Assembly (NCBI GenBank): GCA_019358935.1
Contig: JAHHIK010000130.1
Coordinates: forward strand, 1 to 21,593
Reading direction: 5' to 3'
Length of the DNA: 21,593 nt
Origin: Tolypothrix carrinoi HA7290-LM1
GTDB taxonomy: Bacteria > Cyanobacteriota > Cyanobacteriia > Cyanobacteriales > Nostocaceae
Below the pieces are notes generated by a model. It had not been told where the DNA came from. It worked only from the letters and a program-made list of their open reading frames with translations, and did not search any database. The position numbers were made by a program, and so were the translations under genes. This document shows positions 1 through 6,301 of the stretch, piece after piece. Position 1 is the stretch's first letter. Every line of letters begins with the position of its first letter.

Positions 1-121
1 AGCATCTTTACGCTCAACTCTATAGCGTAATAATAGCACAAAAAGCACCACTGTGGGGTAAACCCCACGACGTGGTTTTCATCCCCGGCATGAATGCGCG
101 GGGCTTTCAACCTACCTTTTT
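1..121 (-). mobile_element. Left end of an IS200/IS605-family (IS891/IS1341-like) element; probable tnpB starts at 5 on the - strand and runs off the window
   Basis: The - strand reads TTAC|AAAAAGGTAGGTTGAAAGCCCCGCGCATTCATGCCGGGGATG: TTAC target tetramer (122-125), then a subterminal hairpin (83-103), a second hairpin GTGGGGTAAACCCCAC (53-68) and ATGCT at 5..1. This matches the usual cyanobacterial IS605-type left end. The transposase/TnpB sequence itself is not visible. Confidence 0.6.
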
Positions 122-271
122 GTAACACCGGATAGAAGTATCTACTGTAGTGATAAGAAAGTCAAAAGCCATGCTGAAGGGAACGCTTGGATTAAGACTT
201 GTGGTTTCTCTGGGAAAGCTGAACTCCGGAATACTCGACCTGATCAAGCATTAAGTTGTCCTCCTCGTTAA
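122..271 (+). pseudogene. 3' remnant (49 codons) of a small Cys-containing protein gene cut by the IS605-type insertion
   Basis: Open frame VTPDRSIYCSDKKVKSHAEGNAWIKTCGFSGKAELRNTRPDQALSCPPR* from the IS junction to TAA 269-271. HIP1 follows at 287-294. No family recognised. Confidence 0.45.
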
Positions 272-353
272 CAGGTTAAGGTTAGTGCGATCGCCTGATA
301 TTGTAGCGTGAGTTACACTTCGTTAACCCGCCATCGGTATCATTATCATTAAA

Positions 354-386
354 TTGGGTGGGTTACGCTGTCGCTAACCCACCCAA
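354..386. repeat. REP-like palindrome
   Basis: TTGGGTGGGTTA-cgctgtcgc-TAACCCACCCAA, perfect 12-bp arms. A degenerate relative lies at about 302-332. Confidence 0.7.
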
Positions 387-415
387 CGTTTTATTGCGAT
401 TACGGATCTTGTAAT

Positions 416-531
416 GCGATCGCTTTTTGTTTGATTTATTTACGGGAGAGCGATCGCTTATCTTTAGTCAGAAAGTGCGATCGCCTTTGATTTACGGGAG
501 TGCATAGGTGTAGCCCATCGTAGGCGATCGC
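416..531 (+). repeat. HIP1 tandem array 1 (4 intact GCGATCGC)
   Basis: HIP1 at 416, 450, 477 and 524 with T-rich then GA-rich linkers; SDR-like insert at 502-531. Confidence 0.85.
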
Positions 532-570
532 ACTAGATTTGCTAAACTAGAAAAACATATACTTATTATC

Positions 571-783
571 ATGTATTCAACCAGTCAACACGAACAAATT
601 CTAGAAGCGATCGCTAAACTTAGCGAACAACAAATCCAAATAGTCTTACAATTTATTCAAACTCTCCAATCCAAGCAAATCTCTAATTCACTCTCTACTC
701 CATTCGATCCACTGGCTAACTTTGTTGGAGCCACCAATCAGGGTAATCTTGCCCAAGAGATTGATGCAACGCTCTATAAGTAA
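571..783 (+). CDS. Putative antitoxin (70 aa) of a VapBC-like pair
   Basis: Short ORF overlapping the start of the PIN-domain gene; helical N-terminus (QILEAIAKLSEQQIQIVLQFIQTL) and DPLANFVG motif typical of small TA partners. Confidence 0.65.
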   Translation: MYSTSQHEQILEAIAKLSEQQIQIVLQFIQTLQSKQISNSLSTPFDPLANFVGATNQGNLAQEIDATLYK

Positions 784-1213
784 TGTAATATTTATTGATA
801 CATGGGGCTGGCTCACCCTAAATGATGCAGGTGAACGTAGACATAAAGATGTTGTCCGCTTGTATCAGACCTTAATATCTGAGAAAACACTCATTTATAC
901 CACCACATTTATTTTAGATGAGACATTCACATTATTTTTCAAACGACTCAACTCTTTCCAAGCCCAGCAAGCAATGCTTCAACTAACTGCTGCATTTTTT
1001 ACGGAACAATTTCAACTAATCCAAATTGATGAATCTCGCTTTACTCAAACCCAAATGTTGCGGTTGAAGTATCTTGATAAGCCCCAAATCTCTTTTACTG
1101 ACTTAACATCAATATTAATTATGCAAGAATTTAATATCTATAGAATCCTAACAGAAGACGCTCATTTTACTCAAGTTGGCTTGGGATTTCAACTTGAACC
1201 TGCTATTTCTTAA
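764..1213 (+). CDS. vapC: PIN-domain (VapC-like) toxin, about 149 aa
   Basis: IFIDTWGW...ILDETFT...ISFTDLTS...ILTEDAHF acidic PIN motifs. Start placed at in-frame ATG 764 rather than TTG 722. Confidence 0.85.
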   Translation: MQRSISNVIFIDTWGWLTLNDAGERRHKDVVRLYQTLISEKTLIYTTTFILDETFTLFFKRLNSFQAQQAMLQLTAAFFTEQFQLIQIDESRFTQTQMLRLKYLDKPQISFTDLTSILIMQEFNIYRILTEDAHFTQVGLGFQLEPAIS

Positions 1214-1219
1214 CTTCAA

Positions 1220-1567
1220 GTGATCGCTTTTTGGAATTTGTCAGGACGATCACTTTTTTTATGGGAGTGCGATCGCTTTGGGAATGTGGGAAGTGCGATC
1301 GCTTTCATGATGGGAGATTAGGGAGTGCGATCGCTTTGGGAATGTGGGAAGTGCGATCGCTTTTTTTATAAGAGATTGGGGAGAGCGATCGCTTTGAGGA
1401 TTTGGGAAAGGCGATCGCTTTTTTGTCGGGAGAAGGGCGATCGCCTTTATTTACAGGAGTGCGATCGCTTATCTTTAGTCAGAAAGTGCGATCGCCTTTG
1501 ATTTACGGGAGTGCGATCGCTTTGAGGATGTGGGGACTGCGATCGCCTAAATAAAAGTGGCGATCGC
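1220..1567 (+). repeat. HIP1 tandem array 2 (12 intact + 2 degenerate HIP1)
   Basis: HIP1 at 1269, 1295, 1327, 1353, 1385, 1411, 1437, 1461, 1488, 1513, 1539, 1560; degenerate copies at 1220 and 1246; unit length 21-32 bp. Confidence 0.95.
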
Positions 1568-1619
1568 TCATCAATTTTCATCCCTTAGTTGACCACTTGT
1601 AGAAAGGAGAATTTTCAAC

Positions 1620-2138
1620 ATGATAAAAATACCATATCGCTTGATTCGTAAACTAACATGTGTGTTGGCTCTTGCTGCTGTACTTGTCACCAGCTTTGTC
1701 TCACCATCTTATGCGGACAACTGTCACACTTTTACCATGTCGGCTGTCTCTGAAACAGCATCATAAACAGACAAATTTACAGCACCAGATGGATGTAAGG
1801 CAGTAACTAAAAATGGCACTAATCAGCATACCATGATTGACGCAGCTGTCTCTCAGGGTGGAACAAAGTTTAGACGAGCAAACACATGGACAGCAAATAT
1901 TCCACTTAGCGAACTGGGGATCACACCAGAGTGTTATAAGGGCTATTTCAAGTTTAATGAATACCAAGTGGACGGCACTACCTTGAGAGAGTGGTGGCAA
2001 TCTAATTTCGTGCTAGGAACATTCAAGTATTTTTACAAAAGTAATCTGCGTGAGAATACAAGCCCCAATGCTAAATACTTGTGGTTTGCCGGAGATGAAA
2101 TTCAATGGCAGAAAGGAGATGGCAAAAATTGCACCTAA
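1620..2138 (+). pseudogene. Secreted hypothetical protein (172 codons) with in-frame TAA at codon 49
   Basis: AGGAGA RBS (1605-1610), ATG 1620, signal peptide MIKIPYRLIRKLTCVLALAAVLVTSFVSPSYA|D, TAA at 1764-1766. The same frame then continues into the 1833-2138 ORF. Confidence 0.8.
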
Positions 2139-2190
2139 AACAAAGGTTGTAGTTTAATTACTCAGTATTAAACTACAACCTTTGTTTTAG
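2135..2190. terminator. Perfect 24-bp inverted repeat overlapping the stop codon (probable terminator hairpin)
   Basis: CTAAAACAAAGGTTGTAGTTTAAT-tactcagt-ATTAAACTACAACCTTTGTTTTAG. Confidence 0.7.
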
Positions 2191-2198
2191 CAATAAGC

Positions 2199-2378
2199 TA
2201 GGACTTACGCATTGACAGAAAAATCATGGTGAGGGGTATGGTTTTCTGCCCTTCTTTGTTGATTTTTCTATTCTGCACGGTTGCGATCGCAACCAATAAA
2301 AGATGGTTGATAAAAGCTTGAAACAACGTATTTCCGTTGATACACAAGATGATTCGTTTGTACAATGCGTAAGTTCTA
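2199..2378. mobile_element. MITE-like element (about 180 bp)
   Basis: Terminal inverted repeats TAGGACTTACGCATTG / CAATGCGTAAGTTCTA (15/16 match); same end motif as the element at 19829-19922; internal 16-bp palindrome GGTTGCGATCGCAACC (2279-2294). Confidence 0.7.
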
Positions 2379-2398
2379 TTCTATAAAAGCCCACACCT

Positions 2399-2761
2399 AT
2401 GCAAGTTACCTTTGATCTACCTGATGATGTTTTCGCCCAACTTCACCCCCTTGAAGACAAACTCCCTCAAATCTTAGAATTAGGGTTGCGAGAACTTAAC
2501 GCTATCACCCAAGTTGGATTTTCAGGGGTAGCTGAAGTTCTGGAATTTCTGGCTAGTCTCCCCACTCCGGAAGATATTATTGCTCTGCGACCCTCTGAAA
2601 CTCTACAAGCTCAACTCACTAACCTACTAGAGAAAAATCGCACGGTGGGCTTGACCTCAAACGAAGAACAGCTATGGCAAGGGTATCAATATCTAGAGCA
2701 TATTGTCAGAATGGCAAAGGCTAGAGCATTCTTAAAACTCAAGGAAGCTCACAGGGAATGA
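2399..2761 (+). CDS. Hypothetical 120-aa protein, putative antitoxin-like partner of the HNH nuclease
   Basis: ATGA overlap with the HNH gene; MQVTFDLPDD...EVLEFLASLPTPEDIIALRPS signature typical of HNH-associated partner genes. Confidence 0.75.
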   Translation: MQVTFDLPDDVFAQLHPLEDKLPQILELGLRELNAITQVGFSGVAEVLEFLASLPTPEDIIALRPSETLQAQLTNLLEKNRTVGLTSNEEQLWQGYQYLEHIVRMAKARAFLKLKEAHRE

Positions 2762-3173
2762 GTATGACATATATTCCCGTAGCCCTGCGAAGACAGGTTT
2801 ACGAACGAGCAAAAGGCTGTTGTGAGTATTGTCTGATTCCTGATTTAGCCGCTTTCTCTGCTCACGAGATTGACCACATCATTGCCGAAAAACATGGTGG
2901 CTTGACTGAAGCCGAAAACTTAGCTCTTTCCTGTACCTTATGCAACAAGCATAAAGGAAGCGATCTCACGTCTATCGACCCACAGACAAGCCAGATTGTA
3001 ACACTTTACCATCCTCGCCAAGACCTCTGGCATGAGCATTTTCAACTCAAAGAGGCTGAATTTGTCCCCTTATCAGCACAAGGTCGGGGACAATTCGACT
3101 ATTGCAGTTGAATCGTCGTGACAGAGTTGAGGAACGTCAACTTTTGCTACAGGCTGGAATGCTCAAAGCGTAA
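2758..3173 (+). pseudogene. HNH endonuclease with a 1-nt frameshift near 3088
   Basis: CEYC...HEIDHIIAEKHGG...NLALSCTLCNKHKG HNH/zinc motifs. After QGR the family-like tail (TIRLLQLNRRDRVEERQLLLQAGMLKA*) is in another frame ending at TAA 3171-3173; the annotated frame stops at 3111. Confidence 0.8.
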
Positions 3174-3196
3174 GTGATTAACCGGACATGATATGA

Positions 3197-3925
3197 GCGA
3201 TCGCCTTTTATTTAGGGGAGATGAGCGATCGCCTTTATTTACAGGAGTGCGATCGCTTTTTATTTATTGGAGTGCGATCGCTTTGAGGATGTGGGGAGAG
3301 CGATCGCTTTTTTATAGGAGATTGGGGAGTGCGATCGCTTTGGGGATGTAGGGAGAAGTGCGATCGCTTTTTTTGTGGGAGAGCGATCGCTTTGAGGATG
3401 TAGGGAGTGCGATCGCTTTGATTATGGGAGATTGGGGAGTGCGATCGCTTTGAGGATGTGGGGAGAGCGATCGCTTTTTTATAGGAGATTGGGGAGAGCG
3501 ATCGCTTTTGTGTAGGCAGAAGTGCGATCGCCTTTGATTTACGGGAGTGCGATCGCTTTGAGGATTTGGGGAATTTGGAAGTGCGATCGCTTTTTTTATA
3601 GGAGATTGGGGAGAGCGATCGCTTTGGGGAATTTGGAAGTGCGATCGCTTTTTTTATGGGAGATTAGGGAGTGCGATCGCTTTGGGGATGTAGAAAGGGC
3701 GATCGCTTTTTTTATGGGAGATTAGGGAGTGCGATCGCTTTGGGGATGTGGGGAGTGCGATCGCTCTTTTTATGGGAGTGCGATCGCTTTGGGGATGTAG
3801 GAAGTGCGTAGGCGAGCTTTTCGTAGACATCGCTTTGATGATGGGAAATTGGGGAGTGCGATCGCATTGGGTGGATATAGGGAGAGCGATCGCTTTGATG
3901 ATAAGAGATTGGGGAGTGCGATCGC
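3197..3925 (+). repeat. HIP1 tandem array 3 (25 intact + 1 SDR-interrupted HIP1)
   Basis: GCGATCGC every 23-34 bp from 3197 to 3918, mostly alternating about 26-bp and 31-32-bp units; the HIP1 at 3806-3833 is split by a 20-nt insert. Confidence 0.97.
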
Positions 3926-4170
3926 CTTAATAAATCTTCCCAGTCACCTTCAACGGGAAAAATTAGCCCAAAGTGCCTGGGATAGATACCGCGTTGGGAT
4001 GTTAGAGGTTCTTTGGTCATGTGCGCTACCAATTGATGACCGTAAAGATTGAGAATCAGCGCGTGCTTATTTTCGCGACCGGCAACGCAGCCAAGCCCAT
4101 CGACATAATATACCTTGGTTTGGGCAATGTCAGTAACCGGGAAAGCGAGATGAAATAAAGTTTGGCTCAT
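3712..4170 (-). pseudogene. VOC (glyoxalase/bleomycin-resistance) family protein, native sequence truncated after about 84 aa and fused to repeat-derived sequence
   Basis: FHLAFPVTDI...YYVDGLGC...LNLYGHQLVAH...PRHFGLIF VOC motifs. From the HIP1 at 3925-3918 the translation becomes repeat-coded (RSHSPIS...) and the final VOC beta-strands are missing. Confidence 0.8.
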
Positions 4171-4350
4171 AGATGGGGTTGATACTATTTACAATTTATT
4201 GTGCCTTCTTCATCCAAGGCTTCGCTGCTTTTCCCATCAAACAAAATCAGGAATGAGCGCAAAAACCCGAAAATTAGGTTAAACAACAGATGCACAAAAT
4301 TGGTAATTGTGTTAACGTTTGTTTTGCCAAAACTACAGGTGATGCATTTA

Positions 4351-5136
4351 ATGCTTTCTTTTATTTCTTCTTTAAATCCGTGGCTGGTGGGAATAGGATT
4401 GAACACAGTTTTATTGGGTGTAGCTTTTATTGCTCCCAAAAAGCTGCTTACCCCAGCTGGTTTATTGCACGCTTGGTTTCTAGGTGTCCTACTTTGGGGA
4501 ACCCTCGGCTGGCAAGGATATGTAGTAGTAATGTTCTACTTTCTTGTTGGTTCTGCGGTTACACGCATTGGTATGAAGCAAAAAGAAGCTGAAGGAATTG
4601 CCGAAAAGCGTTCTGGGGCAAGAGGTCCAGAAAACGTTTGGGGTTCAGCTTTGACGGGGGCGCTGTGTGCTTTGGCAATCGGGATAATAAATTCGGGATT
4701 TTTTCCCACTCCCCACTTTCTACTCCCCACTCCCCACTCCCTACTCCTATTAGGTTTTGTTGCCAGTTTCAGCACCAAACTTTCTGATACCTGTGCAAGT
4801 GAAGTTGGTAAAGCTTATGGTAAAAGCACCTTTTTGATTACTACACTGCAACCAGTGCCACGAGGGACAGAAGGAGCGGTAAGCTTAGAAGGAACTTTGG
4901 CTGGAATGCTTGCTTCAGCTGCGATCGCACTTTTTGCTTGGGGAGTCGGTCTGATAAATATACTCGGTGTAGTTTGGTGTATTCTGGCAGCCTTTATTGC
5001 TACTAACATAGAAAGTCTGATTGGCGCAACTTTGCAATCTAAATATACATGGTTAACTAACGAAGTAGTCAATATAGTAAATACATTAATCGGTGCGATC
5101 GCTGCAATGCTACTCGCCTTAATATGGGCAATCTAG
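4351..5136 (+). CDS. DUF92/TIGR00297 membrane protein (TMEM19/VTE6-like), about 261 aa
   Basis: Multiple TM segments; RGPENVWGSA, KLSDTCASEVGKAYG, VPRGTEGAVSLEGT, NEVVN motifs. Start placed at ATG 4351 (ATG 4342 also possible). Confidence 0.9.
   Translation: MLSFISSLNPWLVGIGLNTVLLGVAFIAPKKLLTPAGLLHAWFLGVLLWGTLGWQGYVVVMFYFLVGSAVTRIGMKQKEAEGIAEKRSGARGPENVWGSALTGALCALAIGIINSGFFPTPHFLLPTPHSLLLLGFVASFSTKLSDTCASEVGKAYGKSTFLITTLQPVPRGTEGAVSLEGTLAGMLASAAIALFAWGVGLINILGVVWCILAAFIATNIESLIGATLQSKYTWLTNEVVNIVNTLIGAIAAMLLALIWAI
4704..4748 (+). repeat. In-frame heptamer STRR (CCCCACT-type) inside the DUF92 gene
   Basis: cccactccccactttctactccccactccccactccctactcc encodes PTPHFLLPTPHSLL. Confidence 0.8.
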
Positions 5137-5542
5137 ACACAATTGCCGCTCAAACAAGCTTTTAAGCCGGAAAACTCTTTGAAGTGATTAATTTTAGGCT
5201 TCATTTTTATTTTATAGTTAGCTTCTTCAAAGTCAGCGCGATCGCCGTTTATAAGGAAATTGCCTGTTGTCAAACCTTTAATTTCAGTTCTTTGCTCAAT
5301 TCCCGCTTCGCGCCTGTCTTTCAATGATGAACAGCCATCCAAATTGCTTGAAGATGGCTGTTTTATCGTCTGCAAGAAAAAAATTGCCATCAAGCTGCGA
5401 ATTTCTTGCTCAATATTTAGCTTTCCGGAAATACCTTGCCCCTGAGGTTACACTAAAATTGGCAGTTAATCAAGTTCAAAATATGCCAGATTGATTGACA
5501 ATTATAAGTATACTTTTATAGTCGATTTTACGTAACCCCTTC

Positions 5543-6301
5543 ATGGAAAATTCATCATTTTTGCTAGTAAATGACCAGACAATTTCTATCCAGCAAGCAG
5601 TAAAATATTTGCAAGCCTCCGGAAAACTGGGACAGTTTATGAGCGATATTCTCCGCCAGTATGTAATTGAGCAAGAAATTCGCACGCGAGAAGATATTGA
5701 CATCAGTCCGGCTTTAACCGAACAGACAATCATTGATTTTCGGCTGAAAAACAAACTCACAGACCCCCAAAGTTTCCAAGAATGGCTAAAAAATAACGGT
5801 ACAGATTACGCTACCTTTTACTCATCAGTAGCTTTAGGCTTCAAATTAGAAAGACTTAAAGCCGTAGTTACACAAGCAAAACTCCCAGAATATTTTATTG
5901 AGCGCAAAATTTATTTAGATCGAGTAGTACTTTCTCGGATAATAGTTGATAATCGAGAACTCGGTGAAGAACTGCAAATCCAAATCGAAGAAGGAGCAAG
6001 TTTTGAGGAACTGGCAAGAGAATATTCTCTTGCAGATGACAAAATAGTAAGCGGCATGATGGGACCGGTAAGTAGGGGAACGATGCCGGATATACTAAGG
6101 GCGGCTGTTGATGTGGCAAAGCCCGGACAATTGGTAGGACCGATAGAACTAGAAGGACGCTATGGTTTGTTTCGAGTAGAACAATTTCTGACCGCGTCTT
6201 TAGAAGATACTCAACTAAAGCAAGCACTACAAAATGAGTTGTTTGAGAAATGGCTAGCAGAGAAAATTCAAAAGCTGACAGTGAAGCTGCAAGTGAGCTA
6301 A
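5543..6301 (+). CDS. PpiC/parvulin-type peptidylprolyl isomerase associated with T1SS
   Basis: SFEELAREYS...GMMGPVSRGTMP...VGPIE rotamase motifs; overlaps the start of the hlyB-like gene. Confidence 0.85.
   Translation: MENSSFLLVNDQTISIQQAVKYLQASGKLGQFMSDILRQYVIEQEIRTREDIDISPALTEQTIIDFRLKNKLTDPQSFQEWLKNNGTDYATFYSSVALGFKLERLKAVVTQAKLPEYFIERKIYLDRVVLSRIIVDNRELGEELQIQIEEGASFEELAREYSLADDKIVSGMMGPVSRGTMPDILRAAVDVAKPGQLVGPIELEGRYGLFRVEQFLTASLEDTQLKQALQNELFEKWLAEKIQKLTVKLQVS

Noticed and set aside
722..763. TTG-initiated N-terminal extension of the PIN gene
   Set aside because: It overlaps the antitoxin extensively; the PIN fold starts at VIFIDT, so ATG 764 is more plausible.
2135..2190. Classical integron attC site
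   Set aside because: The arms are perfect with no extrahelical bases, there is no proper RYYYAAC/GTTRRRY pair, it is a single copy and no intI is in view.
3197..3925. CRISPR array
   Set aside because: The constant part is only an 8-14 bp HIP1 core, the linkers are 15-26 bp and similar to each other rather than unique spacers, and no cas genes are present.
3522..4052. ORFs 3522-3725, 3748-3930 and 3804-4052
   Set aside because: Translations of the HIP1 array (repeated AIA/RS/CDR) or antisense to the VOC gene.
4201..4350. N-terminal extension of the DUF92 ORF
   Set aside because: It spans the divergent promoter region; family-like sequence begins near Met 4351.
5133..5445. ORFs 5133-5393 (-) and 5260-5445 (+), and a hairpin at 5330-5362 as a possible riboswitch
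   Set aside because: No recognisable protein motifs; the hairpin matches no riboswitch consensus I can identify.
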